A stretch of 64,000 nucleotides of DNA from Spirochaetia bacterium (GTDB lineage: Bacteria; Spirochaetota; Spirochaetia; SZUA-6; Bin103). The notes under the pieces are model-generated. The model did no database searches. It saw nothing but the letters and a program-made list of their open reading frames with translations, and was not told the DNA's origin. The position numbers and the translations under genes were made by a program. Where the stretch lies: contig OZ241863.1 of NCBI GenBank assembly GCA_965203055.1, positions 3,072,001-3,136,000 on the forward strand, read 5' to 3'. Of this stretch, positions 19,495-27,842 are shown one piece after another. The number at the start of each line of letters is the position of its first letter. The first letter of the stretch is position 1.

Positions 19495-19764
19495 GTGGTC
19501 ATTACCATAGATCGCGACGGGCGCGTCGTAGTGCCGAAGCAGTTCCGTGACCGCTTCAACTTGGTTGCTGGTACGCAGTTGGAGATCGAAGCCGCAGGTG
19601 ACGGGCTGAAGCTTCGTAAGGTCGTAAGCGAGCCGACGCTGGTTCGGAAGAAAGGGTTCCTGGTGCATCACGGCACTGCTCGTCCCGACATCGATATCGT
19701 CGAGTTCATCCGTGCCGAGCGCGACGCCCGCAGCCGTCATATTGCCACGGACACCACGGATTGA
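19495..19764 (+). CDS. AbrB/MazE/SpoVT-family antitoxin-like protein (no toxin follows)
   Basis: ITIDRDGRVVVPKQFRDRFNLVAGTQLEI swapped-hairpin signature, VapB-like tail IRAERDAR. Confidence 0.88.
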   Translation: MVITIDRDGRVVVPKQFRDRFNLVAGTQLEIEAAGDGLKLRKVVSEPTLVRKKGFLVHHGTARPDIDIVEFIRAERDARSRHIATDTTD

Positions 19765-19770
19765 TGCGCA

Positions 19771-19846
19771 AGCCGCAGCCAGCGCTACCGGCCGGCCGCC
19801 GCTACCTGAGACGAATGGAGGAGACGCCGTAGATGGCGAAGATCGA
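19771..19846 (+). repeat. Direct repeat copy 2 (provides the SD and start of the intact mod gene)
   Basis: Matches 18619-18704 with an internal deletion of about 10 nt and a few substitutions. Confidence 0.92.
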
Positions 19847-21791
19847 CGTCACCCGGACCGAGCTGGTCTGGCCGGGCAAGTACAACGAAGACGGCACGCT
19901 CAATGAAGCGCCGCGCGTCAACCTGCCGTTCCAGGTCATCGAGACCGTCAACGAGAGCCGCGCCACCCGCGAGGCGCGCAAGACGAAGGGCATGTCATTA
20001 TTCGACGTGTACGAGGGCACCGAAGGCGATACCTTCGAGGAGGGTTGGCGGAACAAGCTGATCTGGGGCGACAATCTGCTGGTGATGGGCTCGCTCCTGG
20101 AGAAGTTCGCCGGAAAGATCGATCTGATCTACATCGACCCACCATTCGCGACCGGAGCAGACTTCTCATTTACGGCGCCAATAGGAGAGTCCGGGGAAGA
20201 AGTGTTCAAGGCGCAATCTGCCATTGAGGAGAAAGCATATCGTGATACATGGGGAAGTGGGCATTCATCTTATGTTTCCATGCTCCATGATCGCTTGATG
20301 CTTATACGAGAACTCCTTTCAAGTACCGGCAGCGTATATGTACACATTGATCCCCGGGTAGACTATCTTGTCAGAGGTATTCTCGATGACGTATTCGGTC
20401 AAGAGTCATTTCGTAACGTCATTGTCTGGAAGCGAGACGTTGCAGGTAAAGGAGCCAAGAGAACCAGCAGTCAATGGCCACGAAATGCAGACACAATAAT
20501 TTGGTATGGTAGGTCTCCGGCATCGTGGACGTTCGAACAACAGTATGCGCAGTTGAGCGATGATCAGAAGAAACCATATCGATACCACGATTCGAACGGC
20601 CGTCGGTATAAGGCAGTTCAACTCGGTGACTACTCCGAAAGATCAATTGCAATTATGGTTCAGAAAGGGATGATTCATACTTCCTCCACTGGTAAGATGT
20701 ATAAGAAATACTACTTGGATGAAGCTCGCTCGACAATCGACTGTATTTGGACCGATATTCTTGGTTTTGGAACAAAGACCGCCTCGCACGAGATTCAAGG
20801 ATTCCCTACTCAGAAGCCTGAGATGCTACTTGAACGTATTGTCGCTGCGTCATCCAAGAAGGGGGACCTCGTAGCCGACTTCTTCTGTGGTTCGGGAACT
20901 ACCCTTGCCGTGGCCGAGAAGCTCGGGCGCCGCTGGATCGGCTGCGACCTGGGCCGCTGGGGAATACACGTCACCCGCAAGCGGCTACTTGGTATCGAAG
21001 ACTGCAAGCCGTTCGAAATTCTGAATCTCGGCAAGTATGAACGGCAGTACTGGCAGGGCGCGACCTTCAGCGAACAAGGCTCCGAGCAGGCGCTCTACGA
21101 GTACCTCGCGTTCATCCTCAAGCTGTACGGCGCGCAACCGGTCGCCGGCATGGCGCACGTGCACGGCAAGAAGCATCGGGCCATGGTCCACGTCGGCGCG
21201 GTGGATGCGCCGGTGACTATCGACGAGATCGAACAGGCGGTCAACGAATGCCAGCGGCTCCGCCAGAACGAGCTGCACGTGCTAGGTTGGGAGTGGGAGA
21301 TGGGGCTGGCTGGCCCCAACAACGACCTGCGCAAGGGCGGATTGATGCACGAATCGGCCAAGGCGCGCGGCGTCAAGCTCATCCTGCTGCAGATACCGCG
21401 CGAGGTGATGGAGCAGCAGGTGCGCGACGAGAACGACGTGCGCTTCTTCGAGCTGGCGTACCTGGAAGCGGCGGTCGAGACTCCGGATACGCTGACCGCG
21501 CAGGTGCGGCTCGAGGACTTCGTCATTCCCAACGACGAGCTGATCCCGGACGAGGTGCGCGGCAAGGTCCGGCAGTGGTCCGATTACATCGACTACTGGG
21601 CGGTGGATTGGGACTTCCGCAACGACACCTTCATGCAGGGCTGGGTAACCTACCGCACGCGCAAGGAGCGCAGTCTGCCGCTCGCCTCCGATCCGCACCG
21701 CTACGAATCTCCCGGCACCTATCAGGTGCTGATCAAGGTAATCGACATCTTCGGCAACGACACGTCGCAATGCTACCCGGTGACGGTATGA
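19833..21791 (+). CDS. mod: Type III restriction-modification DNA methyltransferase (Mod, beta class)
   Basis: LIWGDNL, motif IV YIDPPF, PTQKPE, motif I DFFCGSGTT. Precedes a Res helicase-nuclease. Confidence 0.9.
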   Translation: MAKIDVTRTELVWPGKYNEDGTLNEAPRVNLPFQVIETVNESRATREARKTKGMSLFDVYEGTEGDTFEEGWRNKLIWGDNLLVMGSLLEKFAGKIDLIYIDPPFATGADFSFTAPIGESGEEVFKAQSAIEEKAYRDTWGSGHSSYVSMLHDRLMLIRELLSSTGSVYVHIDPRVDYLVRGILDDVFGQESFRNVIVWKRDVAGKGAKRTSSQWPRNADTIIWYGRSPASWTFEQQYAQLSDDQKKPYRYHDSNGRRYKAVQLGDYSERSIAIMVQKGMIHTSSTGKMYKKYYLDEARSTIDCIWTDILGFGTKTASHEIQGFPTQKPEMLLERIVAASSKKGDLVADFFCGSGTTLAVAEKLGRRWIGCDLGRWGIHVTRKRLLGIEDCKPFEILNLGKYERQYWQGATFSEQGSEQALYEYLAFILKLYGAQPVAGMAHVHGKKHRAMVHVGAVDAPVTIDEIEQAVNECQRLRQNELHVLGWEWEMGLAGPNNDLRKGGLMHESAKARGVKLILLQIPREVMEQQVRDENDVRFFELAYLEAAVETPDTLTAQVRLEDFVIPNDELIPDEVRGKVRQWSDYIDYWAVDWDFRNDTFMQGWVTYRTRKERSLPLASDPHRYESPGTYQVLIKVIDIFGNDTSQCYPVTV

Positions 21792-22127
21792 ACGAGCTGC
21801 ACCTTACGCCCGAGGAGAGCGCATGGTTGCGCGCATATCGGAGTCTGATACGTCGGCGGTACCCGGAAACGGTGGCGCGAATGCTCGTCTATGGTTCCAA
21901 GGCGCGCGGCGACGCCCACGCCGACAGCGACCTGGACGTTCTCATCATCGTCCGGAACGACGCCGCCGACGAAGCGGGAGCTGCGCGGAATCGGCTACGA
22001 TCTGGCGGCAACCTCCCACGCGGTGCCGTCGATCCTGGCGTATTCGCTGAAGGAATGGCAGGAACGGAGCGCACGGGGGTACCCGTTCCAACGCGCGGTC
22101 GAGCGCGACGGCGTGTCCGTCCTGTGA
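21788..22127 (+). pseudogene. Frameshifted minimal nucleotidyltransferase (MNT, MntA-like)
   Basis: ATGA overlap with mod. YGSKARGDAHADSDLDVL, then a frame change near 21970 into KRELRGIGYDL...PFQRAVERDGVSVL-stop. Could be a sequence error. Confidence 0.75.
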
Positions 22128-22136
22128 AATCGGACG

Positions 22137-24908
22137 ATGGCTGAGTCGGTCGTTTCTTACGACCGGGACCTGCCGCAGATTGCCGGCCGTCTGCCGTGGG
22201 AGGCGCCGTGCTCCTGCCTGGTGAAGGACGACGCGGCGCGCACCGGCTGGCGCGAGGATCGTTCCGGGCGGCGCCCGAGCCAACTGCTGCTGGTGCCGAA
22301 GATTCGCGACGCGGTGGACTCATGGCGCGCGGCCGGGTACGACGGCGCGTCCGGCGTGACCAAGCGGCTGTTCGCGTACTGGTTCGAGGAGGATCACGAA
22401 GTCTCAGGCTTCGACGCGCCGTTCCGGTACTATTTCTGCCAGCGCGAGGCGATCGAGACACTGGCGTGGCTGGTGGAAATCGCCGGCAGGCGCGACGCGC
22501 TCGCGTTGATCCGGGACTACGGGACGATCTCCGTCACCGATCGGTTTCAGACCGCGATGGACGGCCGGCGGCAGCTTCGCCGTTATGTCCCGGAACTGGA
22601 TAAGGACGTCGAGCAGGAGCTGCCGCCGGAGAACTTGCGCCGCTACGCCCTCAAGCTGGCGACCGGCGCCGGCAAGACCTGGGTGATGGCGATGGCGGTC
22701 GTGTGGTCGCGCTTCCACCGGCTGCGCGTGGCAGACTCCGAACTCTCCACCAACTTCCTCATCGTCGCCCCCAACGTGATCGTCTATCAGCGGCTCGAAA
22801 GGGACTTCGCCAACAACAATATCTTCCACCGGTTGCCGCTGATCCCGCCGGAGTGGAAGGGCAGCTTCACCCAGAAAGTGATCCTGCGCGGCGAGGCCGC
22901 CGAACCCGCTCCGTCCGGGAATCTGTTTCTCACCAACATCCAGCAACTCTACGAGTCGCGCGACGATACCTGGACTCCCGCGAACCCCGTCGAGGCGCTA
23001 TTGGGAGAGAAACCGGCGCAGGATCTCGCGGGGTCCGCCGGGCGTTCCATGCTGGAACGGGTCAAGTCGCTCCCCGATCTGGTGGTGATGAACGATGAGG
23101 CGCACCACGTGCACGACGAGGACCTGGCGTGGAGCAGGTCGCTGCTCGGCGTTCACGGTGGGCTGCCGCAGGGGGTCGGCGCCTGGCTCGACTTCTCGGC
23201 CACGCCCAAGGACCGGAACGGCATGTACTTCCCGTGGACGGTGTGCGACTACCCGCTGGCGCAGGCGGTGGAGGACCGGATCGTCAAGGCGCCGATCATC
23301 GTCACCAACGAGGACGACGCCGGGCAGCCGGCGCAAGACCCGGAGGGGGTGACGAAGGACAATGTCGCCGCCAAGTACGGCTACTGGCTGCAAGCCGCGG
23401 TACGGCGCTGGCAGGAGCACCGCGCCGCGTACGGCCCGCTCGGCATCAAACCGGTGCTCTTCATCATGGCGGAGAAGAACGTCTACGCCGACGCGTTGGG
23501 CGAGTATCTCGTCACGACCGCAGGATTCAAGACGTCAGAGGTACTGGTGATCCACACCGACACCACCGGCGAGGTGCGGAAGGGAGACCTGGAAAAGGCG
23601 CGGCAGGCGGCGCGCGACATCGACCGCCGCGGCAGCCGGATCAAGGCGATCGTGAGCGTGATGATGCTGCGCGAGGGCTGGGACGTGCGCAACGTGACGG
23701 TCGTGCTGGGGCTGCGGCCGTTCACCGCCAAGGCGGAGATCCTGCCGGAGCAGGTGATCGGGCGCGGGCTGCGGCTCATGACGCAGGTGAGCCCGGACCG
23801 CACGCAGACGCTGGAGGTGCTCGGCACGCGCAATCTGCTCAACGTGCTGCGCGAGCAACTGGAAGCCGAGGGAGTCGGCGTGGCCAGCACGGCGCAGGGT
23901 CCGCCGCCGCCGGTGACCATCGCACCGGTGCGGGAGCGGCTGGCGCACGACATCGCGATCCCCCTCACCAAGCCGAGTCTGACGCATGACTCCCGCAAGC
24001 TGTCGGAGCTCGACGTGCAGTCGCTCATTCCGATCTACGAATCGAACGATCTGGCGGAACCGGTGCGAATCACGATGCGGATGGAGTTCGCGACCACGGA
24101 GACCGAAGTCCATCAGGCGGCCTTGGCGCCGGAGGGGAGTCCGGCGCGGGAGCTCCTGGCCGGCATCGCCGGCGAGGTGAGCAAGCGGACCGGGCTCACC
24201 AACCGGTTCGCCGAGCTCTACCCGATCGTGCGGCGGTACGTGGCGGAGCGCTGCTTCGGCGGGCCGGTCGACGTGGAGGATTCCGGGATTCGATCGCACC
24301 TGACGCGGCTGGAACTGCGCGAAGGAATCGCCCGCTATCTGGCCGGGGCGATCGGCGAGCTCACCGTCGAACGCCGCTCGCTGCAGTTCGAGCGCACCGA
24401 CTTCCGGCTGTCCGCTACCAGACCGTTCAGTTGGCGGCGCAATCTGCCGCCCCTCGAAGCCGACAAGACCGTGTTCAACTACGTGGCGACCTACAACGAG
24501 TTCGAGCGCAGCTTCGCCGAGTTCCTGGACCGCGCGGCCGACGTGCCGCGCTTCGCCGCGCTGGGCACCACCGATCAGGGCAGCTCCGGCACCGCGTTCC
24601 GCGTCGACTACCTGAAGGCGAGCGGCGCCATCGGCTTCTACTATCCCGACTGGGTAGCCGTCCAGCAAACCGAAGACGGCGCCGAAGACGGCGAGGTGCA
24701 CTGGATCATCGAAACCAAGGGCCGCGTCTGGGAAGGCACCGACCGGAAGGACGCCGCAATGCGCGAGTGGTGCCGGCGCGTGCACGACGCCGCCGGCATC
24801 GTCTGGCGCTACCTGCGCGTCAACCAAGCCGAGTTCCGCAAGCTCCCGCCCGACTCCCCGACCCTCAAGGCCCTGATCGCGCAACTCTCCGACGACGCCC
24901 TGTCTTGA
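22137..24908 (+). CDS. res: Type III restriction endonuclease Res subunit (SF2 helicase plus PD-(D/E)XK nuclease)
   Basis: KLATGAGKT, NDEAHH, SATP, MLREGWD, EQVIGRGLR, nuclease YYPDW...IIETKG. Confidence 0.9.
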   Translation: MAESVVSYDRDLPQIAGRLPWEAPCSCLVKDDAARTGWREDRSGRRPSQLLLVPKIRDAVDSWRAAGYDGASGVTKRLFAYWFEEDHEVSGFDAPFRYYFCQREAIETLAWLVEIAGRRDALALIRDYGTISVTDRFQTAMDGRRQLRRYVPELDKDVEQELPPENLRRYALKLATGAGKTWVMAMAVVWSRFHRLRVADSELSTNFLIVAPNVIVYQRLERDFANNNIFHRLPLIPPEWKGSFTQKVILRGEAAEPAPSGNLFLTNIQQLYESRDDTWTPANPVEALLGEKPAQDLAGSAGRSMLERVKSLPDLVVMNDEAHHVHDEDLAWSRSLLGVHGGLPQGVGAWLDFSATPKDRNGMYFPWTVCDYPLAQAVEDRIVKAPIIVTNEDDAGQPAQDPEGVTKDNVAAKYGYWLQAAVRRWQEHRAAYGPLGIKPVLFIMAEKNVYADALGEYLVTTAGFKTSEVLVIHTDTTGEVRKGDLEKARQAARDIDRRGSRIKAIVSVMMLREGWDVRNVTVVLGLRPFTAKAEILPEQVIGRGLRLMTQVSPDRTQTLEVLGTRNLLNVLREQLEAEGVGVASTAQGPPPPVTIAPVRERLAHDIAIPLTKPSLTHDSRKLSELDVQSLIPIYESNDLAEPVRITMRMEFATTETEVHQAALAPEGSPARELLAGIAGEVSKRTGLTNRFAELYPIVRRYVAERCFGGPVDVEDSGIRSHLTRLELREGIARYLAGAIGELTVERRSLQFERTDFRLSATRPFSWRRNLPPLEADKTVFNYVATYNEFERSFAEFLDRAADVPRFAALGTTDQGSSGTAFRVDYLKASGAIGFYYPDWVAVQQTEDGAEDGEVHWIIETKGRVWEGTDRKDAAMREWCRRVHDAAGIVWRYLRVNQAEFRKLPPDSPTLKALIAQLSDDALS

Positions 24909-24964
24909 CGCGGACCGCTACCCGCCGAGTGGAGAAGATGGAGTCCTTGCCTTGCTTGGCGCTG

Positions 24965-26125
24965 TCACGGGCCGGCCGGGGCGGTTGCGAGGAAGTTGAT
25001 GAAGCCGTCGAGGTCGCATACTACTTGGTGGTCGCGGGCCAGCCACGGGCTGCGCCGGCAGATCAGGAACCGCCGGCTGGCGGCGATCAGGTCGGCGGCG
25101 GCGTTGAGGCGCTTCAGGTCGTCGAGTCCGGGGCGGGTGGTCAGCTTGACTTCGAGCGCCCACAGTTCCGTGCCGACGCGCAGCACCAAGTCGATTTCGC
25201 GCTGGTCGCTGGTGCGGAACGAGAATGCCTCGAACGGTCGTCCGGCGTGCCGCAAGGCCGTGAACACCTGGTCGATGACGAACCCCTCCCAACTGGCCCC
25301 GACCCACGGCTGATTCAGCAGCTCGCCGGCGCTGGCGCCAAGCAGCGCGTGCAGCAGCCCGCTGTCGCGCCAGTAGACGCGCGGGCGCTTGACGATGCGC
25401 TTGCGGATGTTGGCGTGGAACGGGAGCAGGCGGCGGATCAGGAACGCGCCTTCGAGGTAGTCCAGGTAGCTGTTGACCGTGTGGTAGGAGAGGGCCAAGC
25501 TCTTGCCGATCTGGGTGGCGTTCCACTCCTGGCCGTTGGTCGCCGCCAGCATCTGCAGCAGGCGCCGCGTGGTCGGCGCGCGGGCGGGCAGCCCCCAGTT
25601 CGGCAGGTCGCGCTGCATCAGCAGGTCCAGGTAATCGTGCTGCCACTGGGGAAAGCCGCGCCCGGTCAGCACGCCGCCGTCCGCATACCCGCCGCAGAGC
25701 CACAGCCGTTCCCGCTGCCCGGGAGCGGCCAGTTCCGACCATGACAACGGCGCCAGTTCCACCACCGAGAGTCGGCCGGCCAGCGACTCCGAGACCTGGG
25801 TCATGAGCGCCGGCGAGACCGATCCCAGCAGCAGGAACCGCCCCATGCGCCGGCGGTCGTCGTCGATGGCGCCGCGCAGGCGCGGAAACACCTCCGGCCA
25901 CGCCTGCGCCTCGTCCAGCACGATCAGTTCGCGTCCGCTGACCACCGTGTCCCACGTCAGGTCCAGGCGCAGCCGGTCGCTCTCCTGCTCCAGGTCGAAG
26001 TAGACGCCGCCGAGCGACCGGGCCAACGTAGTCTTGCCGCACTGGCGCGGCCCCACCAGCGCCGCCGCCGGATAGTTGCGGAGCCGCGCGAGCAGCACCG
26101 GCGTCAGGCCCCGTTCCACCATCAC
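24965..26125 (-). CDS. AAA_14 ATPase with DUF4143 nuclease-like domain
   Basis: GPRQCGKTT, LDEAQ, LLGS, ESLAGR, GGY, DSGLL, EIDLV...EVK. Confidence 0.92.
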   Translation of the reverse strand: MMVERGLTPVLLARLRNYPAAALVGPRQCGKTTLARSLGGVYFDLEQESDRLRLDLTWDTVVSGRELIVLDEAQAWPEVFPRLRGAIDDDRRRMGRFLLLGSVSPALMTQVSESLAGRLSVVELAPLSWSELAAPGQRERLWLCGGYADGGVLTGRGFPQWQHDYLDLLMQRDLPNWGLPARAPTTRRLLQMLAATNGQEWNATQIGKSLALSYHTVNSYLDYLEGAFLIRRLLPFHANIRKRIVKRPRVYWRDSGLLHALLGASAGELLNQPWVGASWEGFVIDQVFTALRHAGRPFEAFSFRTSDQREIDLVLRVGTELWALEVKLTTRPGLDDLKRLNAAADLIAASRRFLICRRSPWLARDHQVVCDLDGFINFLATAPAGP

Positions 26126-26131
26126 TACGAC

Positions 26132-26159
26132 ATTTTAGAAATCGATTTCTATTTTGCAA
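26132..26159 (-). promoter_or_regulatory. Promoter with a perfect 16-bp palindrome (TAGAAATCGATTTCTA, 26136-26151)
   Basis: Minus strand TTGCAA, 16-nt spacer, TAAAAT, 6 nt before GTG 26125. AT-rich island in GC-rich DNA. Confidence 0.7.
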
Positions 26160-26433
26160 GATTGGGGGCGCGGAGCTGGTGCAGCCGGTAGTCCTTCTCG
26201 ATGCCGAGCCAGATTTTGGCATCGACGCCGAGCACCATCTCGAACTGGAGGGCGGTCTTTGGCTCGATCGGGGCCTTCCCGGCGATGATCTCGCTGATGA
26301 GCTTCGCGGACCGGCCGCACCGACGTGCGAACTCGGCTTGAGAGACGCCGTGCGCCTCCAGGCGTTCCTCCAGCACCAGCCCGGGCGGAACCGCATAGTC
26401 AGGCCGGTACTCATTGATCGCTGCCGTCGCCAT
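26149..26433 (-). CDS. higA: HigA-family XRE antitoxin, probably C-terminally truncated
   Basis: PDYAVPPG..L.E.L, SQAEFARR, ISEIIAGKAPI...TAL...LG...WL. SD AGGAGGA. The stop lies inside the downstream promoter palindrome. Confidence 0.8.
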   Translation of the reverse strand: MATAAINEYRPDYAVPPGLVLEERLEAHGVSQAEFARRCGRSAKLISEIIAGKAPIEPKTALQFEMVLGVDAKIWLGIEKDYRLHQLRAPNLAK

Positions 26434-27610
26434 GTCCTCCTCTATCCCGGACCGTGGCCAGGATAGCTGAGAATGGCTGTTCCGGGTCGAGGGCGCGCAG
26501 GAACGGGGCGCATGGCAGGCACAGCACGCCGTGTTCGCGGAGCCGGCGCGGCCCGCGGTAGAGCAGTACCGGGGTCGCTACCGGGTAGTCCTGGGTGAAC
26601 GCCCGCAGGCCGCGGAAGTCGCGCGGCTGGAGCACGGCGCCGCTCTTGACCTCGATGGCGAACAGGCCGCTTTCCCCGTAGAGTACGAAGTCGACCTCGC
26701 TGCCGGCGCGGGTGCGCCAGAAGCTGAGGCTGTCGTCGCGGTTGGAGTAGGCGATCCAGGCGCGCAGATGCTGCGCCACCAGCCCTTCCAGCGCCGCGCC
26801 GGCCAGCTCATCGGGGCGGTCGAGCGGCCCCGTCGGGCGCAGCGAGCGGAACAGACCGGCGTCCATCAGGTAGAGCTTGGGGTGTGTACTAAGGCGCCGT
26901 TGCGCGCGCCGGGTGAACACCGGCAGCGTGAACGCCAGCAGCAGATCCTGCAGCACCTCCAGGTAGGCGGCCGCCGCCTTGCGGTCCACCTGGCACTCGC
27001 GGGCCAGGTTGGACAGGTTCAGGACTCCGGCATGGCTGAAGCTTACCGCTTCCAGAAAGCGCGAGAAGGCGCCGACGTTCCGTACCAGACCCTCCTCCTG
27101 CACTTCCTCCCGCACGTAGAGCGCCGCGTAGGTGCGCAGCGTCGCCCGCGGGTCGGCGGCGTCCACCACCATCGGTATCAGCCCCAGCGCGAGGGCGCGC
27201 TCCAGGTTGAAGGCGCCGCCCAGCTCCGCCGCCATGAACGGATGCATGGTGGTCAGCAGCGCCCGCCCGGCCAGCAGGTCCACGCCGCGGCGGCGCAGCT
27301 TGCGGGCGCTGGAGCCGGTGAGCACGAAGCGCAGCCCCTTGTCCAGCTCGACGAGCTGATGGACCACCGGAAGCAGCTCCGGTACCCGCTGCACTTCGTC
27401 GATCACGACCGGCCGCCGGCCGGGACTCGCCGCCACCGTGCGGCGCAGCCGTTCGGGCGCCGCGGCGTAGAAGCGGGCGTTCTCCGGGTCGATCAGATCG
27501 ATGAACAGCGCCTCCGGGTAGCGGTCGCGCAGCCACGTCGACTTGCCGGTGCCGCGCGGCCCGAACAGAAAGTAGCTGGCCGCCGGCGGGCGGAAGAAGC
27601 GCGCGAACAT
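26411..27610 (-). CDS. AAA_14 ATPase with DUF4143 nuclease-like domain (second, divergent)
   Basis: Start MFARFF at 27610. GPRGTGKST, IDEVQ, LTGSSARKL, LLAGRA, DAGL, EVDFV...IEVK. Confidence 0.92.
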   Translation of the reverse strand: MFARFFRPPAASYFLFGPRGTGKSTWLRDRYPEALFIDLIDPENARFYAAAPERLRRTVAASPGRRPVVIDEVQRVPELLPVVHQLVELDKGLRFVLTGSSARKLRRRGVDLLAGRALLTTMHPFMAAELGGAFNLERALALGLIPMVVDAADPRATLRTYAALYVREEVQEEGLVRNVGAFSRFLEAVSFSHAGVLNLSNLARECQVDRKAAAAYLEVLQDLLLAFTLPVFTRRAQRRLSTHPKLYLMDAGLFRSLRPTGPLDRPDELAGAALEGLVAQHLRAWIAYSNRDDSLSFWRTRAGSEVDFVLYGESGLFAIEVKSGAVLQPRDFRGLRAFTQDYPVATPVLLYRGPRRLREHGVLCLPCAPFLRALDPEQPFSAILATVRDRGGHGDGSDQ

Positions 27611-27739
27611 CGCGCCGACGTTAGCCGGACGGCGGCATTTTATCCAGTGAGTTTCCGTTTTGCGTCGAAGAATGGACTCTCGCCACCCGGAATGACCGCG
27701 TTTGACCGCCCCGACCGCCTCTGACCGCCCGGCGCGCGC

Positions 27740-27768
27740 TTGACGGCGGCCCGCGGGTGGCCCATAGT
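27740..27768 (+). promoter_or_regulatory. Putative sigma70 promoter for the Dpp-type operon
   Basis: TTGACG (27740-45), 17-nt spacer, CATAGT (27763-68). Confidence 0.45.
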
Positions 27769-27842
27769 GGCCGGAAGCCCTTGCAGGCGGCTGCACGGGC
27801 AGGCAACGACCACACCTCGAAGAACCTCAAAGGAGGGATTAC

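Larger units (their letters stand above)
18705..19770. mobile_element. About 1.07-kb inserted cassette between direct repeats (phage-like relic plus abrB antitoxin)
   Basis: Bounded by two copies of the AlbA-stop/mod-start junction. No recombinase inside. Confidence 0.55.

Noticed and set aside
18619..19846. Direct repeats as DGR template/variable regions or prophage att sites
   Set aside because: No reverse transcriptase, adenine-specific variation, integrase or tRNA target.
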